Counted from the first letter of the stretch, positions 30,203-41,384 are shown. The stretch is 64,000 bases of DNA from an uncultured delta proteobacterium (GCA_963785725.1 CAWAWS010000018.1:96001-160000); one strand, 5' to 3'. Made by a program: numbers and translations. Notes: generated from the letters alone by a model not told the origin.

Positions 30203-31061
30203 TTACTTGTCCTTCATCGACTTCGGATTTTGCCCCGCCAAATAATCGGGTGACGTCAGCGCGTTGTGCGCGTGCGCCAGCTGATGGAGAGCATAGGTCG
30301 CGTCGATCGATTCGCGCAGGCCCTGGCGATCTTCGGCCATGTTGACGGCCTGCTTGGCCAGCGCCAGCGCGAAGCGCGGCATCTCGCCGATGCGCCGCGC
30401 CATCGCCGCCACTTCGCCGTCGAGCTGCGCGCGCGGCACGACGCGGTTGACCATCCCCAGCGCCAACGCCCGCGCGGCGTCGAGGCGCTCGCCGGTGAAC
30501 AGCAGCTCTTTGGCGATGCGCGGGTTGAGCATGAACGGATGGGCGAAGTATTCGACGCCGGGAATGCCCATCTTCAAGACCGGATCGCTGAAGAAGGCGT
30601 CGTCGGCGGCGACGATGAGGTCGCACGACCAAGCGAGCGCCAGGCCGCCGGCGATGCAGGCGCCTTGCACCATGGCGATCGTCGGCTTCGGCAGCTCGCG
30701 CCAGCGGCGGCACATGCCGAGGTAGACCTCTTGCTCGCGCGCGTACAGAGTTCTCGGCGCCGCCCTTGTCGGAGTGGTCCCACCAGGTCGTGGCGACGCG
30801 CGCAAAGGGCTTGGTGACGTCGCGGCCGGGCGTGCCGATGTCGTGGCCGGCCGAAAAATGCGGGCCGGCGCCGGCGAGCACGATGACGGCGACGTCGTTG
30901 TCGGCGATGGCGCGCGCGAACGCGGCGTCGAGCGCGTAGGTCATGCGCACGTTCTGCGCGTTGCGATAGGTCGGCCGATTCATCGTCACGAACGCCGCGC
31001 GCTCGCGCTTCTCGTAGAGGACGACGTCCGCCTCTTCGACGGCCGGCGGCGTGTCGCTCAT
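30203..31061 (-). CDS. Enoyl-CoA hydratase, EchA13-like (one +1 frameshift near 30751)
   Basis: MNRP.YRNAQN..MTYALD, FSAGHDIG, then YAREQEVYLGMCRRWR, MGIPGVEYFAHP. Confidence 0.85.
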
Positions 31062-32179
31062 GACGCCACGCGCGGCGCTTCGGCGCGCACGGTCAAGGCG
31101 CGCAGCACGCCTTCCGCTTCGTCGATGATGCGCGCGATCAGATCGGCCACCGGCGGCAGCTCGTCGATGAGCCCGACGTTTTGGCCGGTCGGCAGGATGC
31201 CGACCTCGGGCTTGCCGTCGACGAGCGCGGCCTTCGTCAGCATCGGCGCCGCCGCCGCCATCGCCGTCTGCCCGAACGTGAGCCCGCTCGATTTGCGCAT
31301 GGCCCAGCCTTCGCGGACGAGCGCCAGGAACGACTCGCCGGTGAGCTTGCGGAAATGAAAGGCGTGCGACAAGGCGCGCCACATACGCGAAAACGTGCCC
31401 GCGCGCTCGAGGCTGCCGATGAAGTCGGTGACGATGACGCGCTGAGGAACGCCGTCGATGCTCTTGGTGACGACGGTGCCGGTCAACTCGGTGGCGAGGT
31501 ACAGCTTCTTGATCGCGTCGGGGACGGTGCTCTCGCGCGTCAACAAAAAGCGCGTGCCCATGGCGATGCCGCTGGCGCCGAACGCGAGCGCGGCGACGAG
31601 GCCGCGGCCGTCGCAGAAGCCGCCGGCGCCGAGGACGGGAATGCCGACGGCGTCGACGACGCTGGGCAAGAGCAGCGTCGTCGGAATCGGACCGGTGTGA
31701 CCGCCGCCTTCGTGGCCTTGGGCGATGACGGCGTCGACGCCCCAGCCGGCCACTTTCTCGGCGTGACGCTTCTGGCCGACCGTCGGCATCGTCAGCACGC
31801 CGCCGTCTTTGAGGCGCGCGATGAGATCCTTGCTCGGCGCTTGCGCGAAGCTGGCGACTTTGACGCGCTCCGCGATCAAGAGCTGCACGCGCTCACCGAT
31901 GTCGGCTTGATCCGTGCGCAAATTGACGCCGAAGGGGCTCGACGTGCGCGACTTGACCTCGGCGACGGCGGCGCGCAGCTGCGGCAGCGTCATCGTCGCC
32001 GACGCCAGGATGCCGAGGCCGCCGGCGTTGCTGGTCGCGGCGCACAGGCGCGGACCGGCGACCCAGCCCATTCCCGTCTGGATGATCGGGTAGCGAATGC
32101 CGAACAAGGTGCAGATGCGCGTATCGAGCGCGCCGCCGCGTGGCGATTTTGTCGTGTCGCTAGGCTGAATATCGCTCAT
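31058..32179 (-). CDS. ipdC: IpdC-like flavin oxidoreductase (nitronate monooxygenase family)
   Basis: QTGMGWVAG.RL..ATSNAGGLGILASATM, HAEKV..WG.D, EGGGHTG. Confidence 0.88.
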   Translation of the reverse strand: MSDIQPSDTTKSPRGGALDTRICTLFGIRYPIIQTGMGWVAGPRLCAATSNAGGLGILASATMTLPQLRAAVAEVKSRTSSPFGVNLRTDQADIGERVQLLIAERVKVASFAQAPSKDLIARLKDGGVLTMPTVGQKRHAEKVAGWGVDAVIAQGHEGGGHTGPIPTTLLLPSVVDAVGIPVLGAGGFCDGRGLVAALAFGASGIAMGTRFLLTRESTVPDAIKKLYLATELTGTVVTKSIDGVPQRVIVTDFIGSLERAGTFSRMWRALSHAFHFRKLTGESFLALVREGWAMRKSSGLTFGQTAMAAAAPMLTKAALVDGKPEVGILPTGQNVGLIDELPPVADLIARIIDEAEGVLRALTVRAEAPRVAS

Positions 32180-32267
32180 CGTTGCACCTCCGCGGTGCAC
32201 CATGAGCCAGTCGGTCGATCCGCTGGCCCGACGGGCCGGACGCTCACGTTCGCTCGCTTGCGCTCTC

Positions 32268-33017
32268 TCACGACAGCTCCTTTTGCGCGCGGCCCTCGGG
32301 GTCGAAGCCGCGAATGAGCGTCAGCTCCTCGGCGGTGGGTGCGCGTGTCGTGGCCACGTCGTCGGCGAAGGCGAGCGGAAAGCCGGTGCGCGCGCTGACG
32401 TCGTCGCGCGAGACGCCGGGATGCAACGACAAGACGCGCATCGTCCCGTCGCTGCCACCGAAGTCGAAGACGCCCAAGTTGGAGACGACGCGGCGCAGGT
32501 CGTGGAAGCGGCCGGCCGCGCCGAGCGCGCGGGCGCGGTCGGTGCCGATGCCGGAGACCCAATCGACGCGCTCGACGAACACCTTGGCCGAGTGCTGCGG
32601 CACGAAGTAGCTCGTCGGGTGATTGATGGTGTTGCCGGGCGCGCCGCGTGGGCCGAGCAGCATCGCCTTCGGCTTGCGCCAGTCGCTGCCGATGGCCGCG
32701 ATGTTCTGGTTGCCGTGGCGATCGAGCTGCGTGGCGCCCATCAAGACGTGGCGGCGACCGCTCCAGACGACGTCGAACACCGAGCGATAGGGCAGCCAAC
32801 CTTCGATGTGGCCGTCGCGATCGAGCAGGCGCGCGACGCCGTCGGTGAGCAAGAAATCGGGCGCGAAGGTGGCGCGGGCGAGCTTGGCGCCGAGGCCTGG
32901 AATGAGGCCGATGCCGCTGGCCAAGATCTCGCCGTCGCCGCGGAAGGCCTCGGCGCAGGCGACGATGCAGACGTCGGCGAGCGTGGCGTCGATCGTTTTG
33001 TCGGCGCCGGCGCTCAT
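32268..33017 (-). CDS. ipdB: COCHEA-CoA hydrolase beta subunit (CoA-transferase fold)
   Basis: ACAEAFRGDGEILAS, EGWLPYR, RRHV.MG..Q.DR.GNQNI, RGAPGNTINHPTSY. Confidence 0.9.
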   Translation of the reverse strand: MSAGADKTIDATLADVCIVACAEAFRGDGEILASGIGLIPGLGAKLARATFAPDFLLTDGVARLLDRDGHIEGWLPYRSVFDVVWSGRRHVLMGATQLDRHGNQNIAAIGSDWRKPKAMLLGPRGAPGNTINHPTSYFVPQHSAKVFVERVDWVSGIGTDRARALGAAGRFHDLRRVVSNLGVFDFGGSDGTMRVLSLHPGVSRDDVSARTGFPLAFADDVATTRAPTAEELTLIRGFDPEGRAQKELS

Positions 33018-33821
33018 GCGATCCAGCGCTGGTAGTAGTCGTTCCATGTGTCGTCGGAGGCGGCGCTGGCGGCGTACTCGCGCTGGCTGGCCTCGTCGCG
33101 GCCGTAGTCGGGCTCGCAGTCGGTGAAGCCGGCGCCGCGCGGCGCTTCGACGACGCCGTCGACGAACATGCGGCTGATGCGCAGCGTTTGCAGCGGCTGC
33201 GCCGGCGAGCTCGCTCGTCGGAATCAGCTGCTCGCACGACATGAAGCGCAGCTTCGCCGCTTGCAGGAACAGATCGTCGAAGAAGGGATCGGGGCCGAGC
33301 AGCTGACCGTTGCCGGCGGCGTCGGCGCGATGGACGTGCACGAGCGCGGCGTCGAGCGTCAAGGCCGGCATGGCCACCAACTCTTCGTTGTCGTCATAGG
33401 GCGAGCGCACCGTCCGCAGCGCCGGATGATGGCCGAGCACGTCGGAGCCGAGCCCGGCGCGCGTCGGCAGGAACGGCAACCGCAGCGCCGCCGCGTACAA
33501 GCCCCACTGCAGCATGCCCTCGTCGAGCTCGACGACGTCGACGGCGCCGGCTTGGCGCGCCTTGCGAAAGTGCGGCTCGAGCGGGATGGAGTCGAGCGAG
33601 ACGAAGCCGTAGACGAGCTTGCGCACTTTGCCGGCCGCGCAGAGCATGCCGACGTCGGGACCGCCGAAGCTGACGATGGTCAAGTCGCGCAGCGGTGACC
33701 GCAGGATCTCGCGCACCAAGGTCATCGGCTTGCGTCGCGAGCCCCAGCCGCCGATGCCGAGGGTCATGCCGTCGCGCAGCTGGCTGACGACGTGGCTCGC
33801 GGTCGTGCGCTTGTCAGCCAT
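33014..33821 (-). CDS. ipdA: COCHEA-CoA hydrolase alpha subunit (one +1 frameshift near 33203)
   Basis: GIGGWGSRRKPM, FVSLDS, LPFLPTRAGLGSDV; C-terminus (FTDCEPDYGRD) in shifted frame ends at ATGA overlap with ipdB. Confidence 0.9.
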
Positions 33822-33833
33822 GATGACGCCGGC

Positions 33834-34589
33834 TCACTTGTCGAAGCGGGCGGCCCGCTTCTCCACGAACGCGCGCCGCGCCTCGTCGGCGACGCCGCTC
33901 AGGTGTAACTCGTAGGTGAACCCTTGCTCGAAGCGGTAGCTCTTGCGCACGTCGATGGGATCGATGCCGTTGAGCGACTCTTTGGCGGCGCGAATGATCG
34001 TCGGGCTCTTGGCGGCGATGCTCTTGGCCAGCGTGCGCGCGGCGGCGCGCAGCTCGGGCGGCGCGACGACCTGATAAATCGAGCCGAACGCGTGCAGCTC
34101 GGCCGCCGAGGCGCGCTGGCCGGTGTAGACCATGGCGCGCATCTTGTGCTGCGGGACCAGGCGCGCCAAGTGCGTGGCGGCGCCGAGCGCGCCGCGGTCG
34201 ACCTCGGGCAGGCCGAAGCTGGCGTCGGTCGACGCGACGATGAGGTCGGCGTTGCCGCACAAGCCGATACCGCCGCCGAGGCAGAAGCCGTGCACGGCGG
34301 CGATGACGGGCACGGCGCACTCGTAAACGGCGGCGAAGGCGGCGAAGCAGGCGCGGTTGACGGCGATCAACGCCTCGGCGCCGGCGCCGTCGAGCTGCTT
34401 GATGTCGACGCCGGCCGAGAAGCCGCGGCCGCCGGCAGCCAAGATGACGACGCGGACGGCCGGATCGTCGCCCAGGCGGCGCAAGGTCGTGGCCAGCTCG
34501 TTCCAGCCGGCGGCGTCGAGCGCGTTGACCGGCGGGCGATCGACCACCAGCTCGGCGATTCCCTCTTCTACTGACGCGACAATGCTCAT
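33834..34589 (-). CDS. echA20: Enoyl-CoA hydratase EchA20
   Basis: PPVNAL, FCLGGGIGL.GNAD, FGLPEVDRGALGAATHL.RLVPQH, SYRFEQGFT. Confidence 0.92.
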   Translation of the reverse strand: MSIVASVEEGIAELVVDRPPVNALDAAGWNELATTLRRLGDDPAVRVVILAAGGRGFSAGVDIKQLDGAGAEALIAVNRACFAAFAAVYECAVPVIAAVHGFCLGGGIGLCGNADLIVASTDASFGLPEVDRGALGAATHLARLVPQHKMRAMVYTGQRASAAELHAFGSIYQVVAPPELRAAARTLAKSIAAKSPTIIRAAKESLNGIDPIDVRKSYRFEQGFTYELHLSGVADEARRAFVEKRAARFDK

Positions 34590-34615
34590 GTCTTGATCGG
34601 CCTCGACACGATAAG

Positions 34616-34663
34616 TGGAACATGTTCTACTTCTGGTTGTCAATGACAATGGAACACGTTTCA
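34616..34663. promoter_or_regulatory. Pair of KstR-type operators in the divergent echA20/SDR promoter
   Basis: TGGAACATGTTCTA (34616-34629) and TGGAACACGTTTCA (34650-34663). Confidence 0.88.
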
Positions 34664-35431
34664 GTTTGGCCGGCTTGGAAGGGCAAGGCCGTGGTCGTCA
34701 GCGGCGGCACGCGCGGCATCGGTCGGGTCATCGCCGAGCGTTTTTTGCACGCGGGCGCTGAGGTTCTCGTGTGCGCGCGCAAGCCCGCCGAGCGTGAGAT
34801 CGCGATCGACGGACGGGTCGCGCATTTCGTGGCCGCGGACATCCGCGAGCCGGCCGAGATCGAGCGCGTCGTCGCCGAGGCGAAGGCGAAGATGGGGCGG
34901 CTCGACGTGCTCGTCAACAACGCGGGCGGCTCGCCGCCGGCGGACGCGGCGACGGCGTCACCGCGCTTCTCGGCGGCCATCATCAACTTGAACCTGACGG
35001 CGCCGCTGGTGTTCGCGCAGCGGGCCAACGCGATCATGCAGGAGCAGGCGGAGGGCGGCGTCATCGTCAACGTCGCCAGCGTCAGCGGTCTGCGACCGTC
35101 GCCGGGCACGGCTGCGTACGGCGCGGCCAAGGCGGGGCTCATCAGCCTGACGCGCTCGTTGGCGATGGAGTGGGCGCCCAAAGTGCGCGTCGTGGCCGTG
35201 GCGCCAGGGCCAATCCGTACGGAATTGGCCGAGATGCACTACGGTGACGCGGCGGCGCAGGCGCGCGTGGCGGCGACGGTGCCGCTCGGTCGCCTGGGCG
35301 AGCCGTCCGACGTCGCCGAGGCCTGCTTCCTGCTCGCGTCGCCCGCGTGCGCTTGGATTTCGGGATCTTGCCTCGTTCTCGATGGCGGCGGCGAACGGCC
35401 GGCGTTTTTGGGAGCGGCCAAGGTAGACTGA
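34649..35431 (+). CDS. SDR family oxidoreductase, Rv3549c-like
   Basis: SGGTRGIG, NNAGGSP, RPSPGTAAYGAAKAG, EWAPKVRV, GGGERP. Confidence 0.9.
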   Translation: MEHVSVWPAWKGKAVVVSGGTRGIGRVIAERFLHAGAEVLVCARKPAEREIAIDGRVAHFVAADIREPAEIERVVAEAKAKMGRLDVLVNNAGGSPPADAATASPRFSAAIINLNLTAPLVFAQRANAIMQEQAEGGVIVNVASVSGLRPSPGTAAYGAAKAGLISLTRSLAMEWAPKVRVVAVAPGPIRTELAEMHYGDAAAQARVAATVPLGRLGEPSDVAEACFLLASPACAWISGSCLVLDGGGERPAFLGAAKVD

Positions 35432-36705
35432 TGCTGGTGCGCCCGCCTCGCTGGATTTCCACGAAAGTTCGCGTCTACCCGGCCGACGCCGTCACGAGCC
35501 GCAATCCGCACGAGGTCGAGCCGAGCGCCGCAGGATTGACGCGCGCCGGGGTCGACGAGATGTGGAGGTCGGTCGTCAAGCTCTATGACACCGGGCTGCA
35601 TCCGGCCATCGCGCTGTGCATTCGCCGGCGCGGGCAGATCGTCGTCGATCGCGCCATCGGCCACTTACGTGGCAATTCGCCGACCGATCCGACCGATGTG
35701 CCGCGCGTGCCGATCCGCTACGACTCGCTGTTCAACATCTACTCGGCGGCGAAGTCGGTGACGTCGATGCTCGTCCACTTGGCCGACGAGCGCGGGCAGC
35801 TGCATCTCGACGATCCGGTGGCCGAGTACGTGCCCGAGTTCGCGGCGCACGGCAAAGGCGCGATCACGATTCGGCACATTCTGACCCATCGCGCCGGCAT
35901 TCCGGCGGTGCCGGGGCAGAAGGTCACGCTCGACATGATCGCCGATCCCGACTCGATCGTGCGTCTCATCTGCCAGTCGAAGCCGGTGTCGGTCGCCGGT
36001 CGGCAGCTGTCGTATCACGCGCTGACGGGCGGCTACATGCTGGCCGAGGTCTTGAAGCGCGTCACCGGGCGCGACCTGCGGCAGCTCCTGCGCGAGGACG
36101 TGCGCGAGCCCATGGGCCTCAAGAGCTTCGATTACGGCGTGGCGCGCAGCGACGTCGAGCGCGTGGCCGAGAACGCCTTTACGGGCGCGCCGCCGATTCC
36201 GCCGTACTCGTGGATGCTGAGCCGCTCGCTCGGCGTCGACGTGCACGAGGCGGCGCGGCTGTCGAACGAGCCACGCTTCCTGACGGCGCTGATTCCGTCG
36301 GGCAATTTGGTGGGCACGGCCGAGGAGGGGTCGCGCTTCTTCGAGATGCTCCTGCGCGGCGGCACGCTCGATGGTGTGCGCGTGTTCGATCGCTTGACGG
36401 TGCGACGGGCCGTGGCCGAGCAGAGCTACCTCGAGATCGACTCGGTCATGGGCGTGCCGGTTCGTTACGGCATGGGCTTCATGCTGGGCGCGAATTGGTT
36501 CAGCTTGTACGGGTCGAATACGCCGCACGCGTTCGGGCACATCGGGTTCACGGCCGTCGCGCTGTACGCGGATCCCGATCGCGACATCAGCGTCTGCATC
36601 ATGACCAGCGGCAAGCCGTTCATCACGCCGGGGCAGTGGACGTGGCTGAACGTCGCGCGGACGATCGCGCGCGTCTGTCCGCGCGACGCGACCGCGGCGT
36701 TCTGA
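35431..36705 (+). CDS. Beta-lactamase-family serine hydrolase/esterase (LipE-like)
   Basis: YSAAKS (SxxK), HILTHRAG, YHALTGG, FGHIG; TGATG overlap with upstream SDR. Confidence 0.85.
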   Translation: MLVRPPRWISTKVRVYPADAVTSRNPHEVEPSAAGLTRAGVDEMWRSVVKLYDTGLHPAIALCIRRRGQIVVDRAIGHLRGNSPTDPTDVPRVPIRYDSLFNIYSAAKSVTSMLVHLADERGQLHLDDPVAEYVPEFAAHGKGAITIRHILTHRAGIPAVPGQKVTLDMIADPDSIVRLICQSKPVSVAGRQLSYHALTGGYMLAEVLKRVTGRDLRQLLREDVREPMGLKSFDYGVARSDVERVAENAFTGAPPIPPYSWMLSRSLGVDVHEAARLSNEPRFLTALIPSGNLVGTAEEGSRFFEMLLRGGTLDGVRVFDRLTVRRAVAEQSYLEIDSVMGVPVRYGMGFMLGANWFSLYGSNTPHAFGHIGFTAVALYADPDRDISVCIMTSGKPFITPGQWTWLNVARTIARVCPRDATAAF

Positions 36706-36723
36706 GGCGGCGGGCGGCCGCTG

Positions 36724-36884
36724 CGCGCGGGCGGGCGGTGCCCGCGCGCGCGGCGGCTCCGTCGCGCCGGCCATCGGCGTAGTCGAGCGCGCGGTCGCAA
36801 GGTCTCCGTATGGAGGTGCTAGCGCAGCGCCGGCGTCGGTCCCCCAAGCGAAGGAGGAGATCGGCAAATGCTCGGCGCCGGCAC
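36724..36884 (-). repeat. Inverted-orientation copy of the ~160-bp dispersed element
   Basis: Reverse complement aligns to 12403..12563 (GTGCCGGCGC, GCCGATC, GGCGCTGCG.TAGC, ACGGAGACCTTGC, GACTACGCCGATGGCCGGCGCGACGG). Confidence 0.85.
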
Positions 36885-36942
36885 CGGCTGCCGCTCGCAA
36901 CGAACGAACGCGAAGCGAACGGCGTGGCCGACGACGAGGGCG

Positions 36943-37413
36943 CTACGGAACGACGAAGACGGCGCTGCCTTCGACGGCCGTGCCGCCGGTCTGACGCGTG
37001 CAGCTGAGCTGCACTTCGACGCGCCGCTCGCCGTCGGGCTCGACCCAGGTGCGCGCGACCGCGGCGCGGAACGTGAGCGTGTCGCCGGCCCAGACGGGCT
37101 CCTTCCAGCGCACCTTCGTGCGGCGGACGTTGTCGGGCCCGAGCCAACCCGCCGCCCACGCCGCAAGCACGCCGGCCTGGAACATGCCGACCCCGAGCGG
37201 CGACTCGAAGCCGGCGGCGCGCGCGAACGGCTCGTCGTGATGCACCGGGTTCATGTCGCCCGAGGCGCCCTGATAGCGGACGAAATCGGTGCGCGTGATG
37301 GGCCCGATGACGAGCGGCTCGGGGCCGACGCCTTCGCGCAGCGCGTCCCAGCTCGGCCGGCCGCCGCCCGCGTGGCTGGCGCCGCCGCCGTCGCTGCCGT
37401 CGACCGCGCTCAC
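36943..37413 (-). CDS. MaoC-family (R)-hydratase, catalytic hotdog subunit
   Basis: ITRTDFVRYQGASGDMNPVHHD; GTGA overlap with upstream gene. Confidence 0.85.
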   Translation of the reverse strand: MSAVDGSDGGGASHAGGGRPSWDALREGVGPEPLVIGPITRTDFVRYQGASGDMNPVHHDEPFARAAGFESPLGVGMFQAGVLAAWAAGWLGPDNVRRTKVRWKEPVWAGDTLTFRAAVARTWVEPDGERRVEVQLSCTRQTGGTAVEGSAVFVVP

Positions 37414-37865
37414 GACGTCTCTCCCGGCGCGCGCTCGGTCTCGACGCCGGTCATCTTGGCCTCCGCGACCAGCTTGCCGGCGCCGTCGCGGAACTCGGTG
37501 ACCATGACGGCGAAGCGCAACGTGCCGCCGCGCCGGCCCTGCTTTTCGTAGACCTCGCTGATGCGCGAGCGGCAATAGAGCCGCGTCCCGGCGCGCGGCG
37601 GCGGCCCGAAAAAGACGTACTCCTGCTCGGCGTGCATTCCGCGCCGCTGATCCATCTTCACGGCGTGCCACGGATTGGCGCCGTCGACGTCGTGCTCCCA
37701 AAAGAACGTCGTCGTCAGGAAGGTCGGCGGCGAGATCGGCTGCTCGCCGTCGAAGAAGGCGCGATCGGTCGCGCGCACGGCGCGGGCGAACTCGCGCACC
37801 TTGCCGCGCTCGACGTCGAGCTCGAACGGCCGGCCTTCCACTCCGAGCGCTTTCGGATCGATCAT
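37410..37865 (-). CDS. MaoC N-terminal/FAS1-like dehydratase partner subunit
   Basis: VERGKVREFARA, PPTF, HAEQEY. Confidence 0.85.
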   Translation of the reverse strand: MIDPKALGVEGRPFELDVERGKVREFARAVRATDRAFFDGEQPISPPTFLTTTFFWEHDVDGANPWHAVKMDQRRGMHAEQEYVFFGPPPRAGTRLYCRSRISEVYEKQGRRGGTLRFAVMVTEFRDGAGKLVAEAKMTGVETERAPGETS

Positions 37866-37877
37866 GATCGGCTCCTA

Positions 37878-38657
37878 CTACGGATGCTGGCTCGACACGG
37901 CGATCACTTCGCCCGTCATGTACGACGCGTAATCGCTCGCCAAGAACACGATGACGTTCGCCACTTCCCACGGCTCCGCCGCGCGCCCGAACGCCTCTTT
38001 CGCCGTCAGCTCGCCGAGCAGCTGCTCGCTCGTCACTTTGGCCAGGAACGGATGCATGGCCAGGCTGGGCGCGACGGCGTTGATGCGCACGTTGGCCGCC
38101 GCCGCCTCGATCGCCGCGCAGCGCGTCAGCGCCATGACGCCCGCCTTCGCCGCCGCGTAGTGCGACTGTCCCGCCTGCGCGCGCCAGCCGAGCACCGATG
38201 CGTTGTTGACGATCGCGCCCGCGCCCTGCGGGATCATGCGCCGCAACGCCGCGCGCATGCAGCGCATCGTGCCCGTCAAGCTGATGTCGAGCACGCGCGA
38301 CCACTGCTCGTCGGTCATGTCGACGAGAGGCGCCGTGCCGCCGAGCCCGGCGTTGTTGACGACGACGTCGACGCGGCCGTGCGTCTCGGTCGTGCGATCG
38401 AACAGGCGCTGCACGTCGCTCTCGGACGTCACGTCGCACAAGACCGACAGCGGCCGCGCGCCCAAGATCGGCTGCAGCCGCTCGGCCGCTTCGTCGAGCC
38501 GCCGCTCGTGCACGTCGCTGACGACGACCTGCGCGCCTTCCTCGGCCGCGCGCTTGGCGACGGCGAAGCCGATGCCGGTGCCGGCGGCGGCGGTGACGAT
38601 GACGATCTTGCCGGCGAGCAGCTGCCGGCCGGGCGGGTAGGGCGGCGCGACGTTCAC
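37878..38657 (-). CDS. ipdF: SDR IpdF-like (Rv3559c)
   Basis: VTAAAGTGIG, SD.HERRL, NNASVLGWRAQ..QSHYAAAKAG, VSSQHP. Confidence 0.88.
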   Translation of the reverse strand: MNVAPPYPPGRQLLAGKIVIVTAAAGTGIGFAVAKRAAEEGAQVVVSDVHERRLDEAAERLQPILGARPLSVLCDVTSESDVQRLFDRTTETHGRVDVVVNNAGLGGTAPLVDMTDEQWSRVLDISLTGTMRCMRAALRRMIPQGAGAIVNNASVLGWRAQAGQSHYAAAKAGVMALTRCAAIEAAAANVRINAVAPSLAMHPFLAKVTSEQLLGELTAKEAFGRAAEPWEVANVIVFLASDYASYMTGEVIAVSSQHP

Positions 38658-38671
38658 ATTGACACCTTGGG

Positions 38672-39874
38672 TTACGCTTTGCGCTCGGGTTTGGGTTCGG
38701 GAGGCAAGCCGAGCGCGCGCTCGCCGATCAAGTTGCGCTGAATCTCGTTGGAGCCGGCGTAGATGGTGTCGGCGCGGCTGAACAAGTAGAGCCGCTGCAG
38801 CTTGGCGAGCGTGTCGTTGTCGTGCGGATCGGTGGACGCGTAGAGGCCACGCGCGCCGAGCACGTCCATGGCCAGCTCGCCCAAGTCGCGATGCCAGTTC
38901 GACCAATGCAGCTTCAGGATCATCGCCGCGCGATCGAGCTCGCCCGGTCGCTGGCTCGACAAGACGCGCAGCGCGTTCCAGCGCATCAGTCGTAAGCCGA
39001 TCCACGCTTGCACGAGCCGGTCGCGCAGCAGCGGATCTTTCGCCGCGCCGCTCTCTTTCGCGACATCCATGATGAGCTGCAGCTCGTTGGCGAACGCCAA
39101 TTGCTGCGACAGCGTCGAGACGCCGCGCTCGAACGCCAGCGTGCCCATGGCGACGCGCCAGCCGCCGTCGACCTCGCCGACGACGTTGGCCGCCGCCGTG
39201 CGCGCGCCGTCGAAGAAGACCTCGTTGAACTCCGACGTGCCGGTCAGCTGGCGAATCGGCCGCACCGTGATCCCCGGCTGCCGCATCGGCACCAGCAGAT
39301 ACGACAGGCCGCGATGCTTCGGCAGGTTCGCGCTCGTGCGACACAACACGAAGCACCAGTCGGACAAGTGCGCGCCCGACGTCCAGATCTTCTGTCCGTC
39401 GATGATCCACTCGTCGCCGCGCCGCTCGGCGCGCGTCTGCACGTTGGCCAAGTCGCTGCCGGCGTTGGGCTCGGAGTAGCCTTGGCACCACAGCTCTTCG
39501 GCGTTACGAATCGCCGGCAAAAAGCGGCGTTTTTGCTCGTCGGTGCCGAAGGCGATGAGCGTCGGGCCGAGCAGCTCTTCGCCGATGTGGCCGAGCCGGC
39601 CGGGGGCGCGCGCGTGCACGTATTCTTCGTTGAAGATGACCTGCTGCGTGAGCGTGGCGTCGCGGCCGCCGTGCTCTTTGGGCCAGCCGAGGCAGTTCCA
39701 GCCGCCGGCGGCCATCGCGCGCTCCCAAGCGCGGCGCGGCTCGATCGGCGCGTGCTCGTCACCGGGACCGCCGCGACCGCGCAGGATGCCCAAGTCGCCG
39801 GACAGCGCCTCGGCGAGCCAGCGGCGCGCTTCCAGTCGGAACGCCTCGTCGGCGGCGGAAAAGCCTAAATCCAC
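38672..39874 (-). CDS. fadE30: Acyl-CoA dehydrogenase FadE30/IpdE1
   Basis: GRGGPGDEH, HIGEELLGPTL, WCQGYSEP, YLFSRADTIYAGSNEIQRN. Confidence 0.88.
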   Translation of the reverse strand: MDLGFSAADEAFRLEARRWLAEALSGDLGILRGRGGPGDEHAPIEPRRAWERAMAAGGWNCLGWPKEHGGRDATLTQQVIFNEEYVHARAPGRLGHIGEELLGPTLIAFGTDEQKRRFLPAIRNAEELWCQGYSEPNAGSDLANVQTRAERRGDEWIIDGQKIWTSGAHLSDWCFVLCRTSANLPKHRGLSYLLVPMRQPGITVRPIRQLTGTSEFNEVFFDGARTAAANVVGEVDGGWRVAMGTLAFERGVSTLSQQLAFANELQLIMDVAKESGAAKDPLLRDRLVQAWIGLRLMRWNALRVLSSQRPGELDRAAMILKLHWSNWHRDLGELAMDVLGARGLYASTDPHDNDTLAKLQRLYLFSRADTIYAGSNEIQRNLIGERALGLPPEPKPERKA

Positions 39875-39916
39875 GGCTCATTGCAACACGCACCTGAACG
39901 TGCGGCAAGCGAAAAG

Positions 39917-39930
39917 TAGAACACGTTCCA
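39917..39930. promoter_or_regulatory. KstR-type operator in the divergent fadE30/LLM promoter
   Basis: TAGAACACGTTCCA inside extended dyad AAAAG...CTTTT. Confidence 0.88.
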
Positions 39931-39954
39931 CTTTTGCCATGCTACGGTGAGCGC

Positions 39955-40980
<1,026 letters not shown>

Positions 40981-41011
40981 TTCCGCCGGCCGCGCGACGG
41001 TCGCGGCGGCC

Positions 41012-41159
41012 TGTGCTCGATCCAACGTTGCTGTTGCTGGTGGAGCGACGTCGGCGCTGCGATACGACGGTGTGACGGAGACCTTACACCGCGCGCTTGT
41101 CTTCCCCGATGGCCGATTCCGACGGAGCGAGACGGCGCGCGCGCACCGCGCGCCCGCGC
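41012..41159 (+). repeat. Diverged copy of the ~160-bp dispersed element
   Basis: GGAGCGACGTCGGCGCTGCGATA, GACGGAGACCTT.CACCGCGCGC and CCGATGGCCG shared with copy at 12447 onward. Confidence 0.8.
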
Positions 41160-41384
41160 CGCCTCGCCCGCCGAACAACCCCACCGCCGACCGCAAACCG
41201 CCGTAAATCCCCGACCACCGCAGCCTCCGCCGCCGCGACATTCCGCTCGCCGCGACAGACGCGCCGCTCGTCACCCCGATCGCGATCGATCGAAGTGACA
41301 GCGACGGTCAATTCCAATGCAGTGAAGCGACGAAGAACGAAGGAAGACGAAGTGACGACCGGCGACTAAGTAACCCGCTGTTTA

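Noticed and set aside
32268..33821. Apparent 517-aa IpdA-IpdB fusion in the ORF track
   Set aside because: Produced by a +1 shift near 33203; the real IpdA C-terminus is in another frame and ends in an ATGA overlap with the ipdB start at 33017
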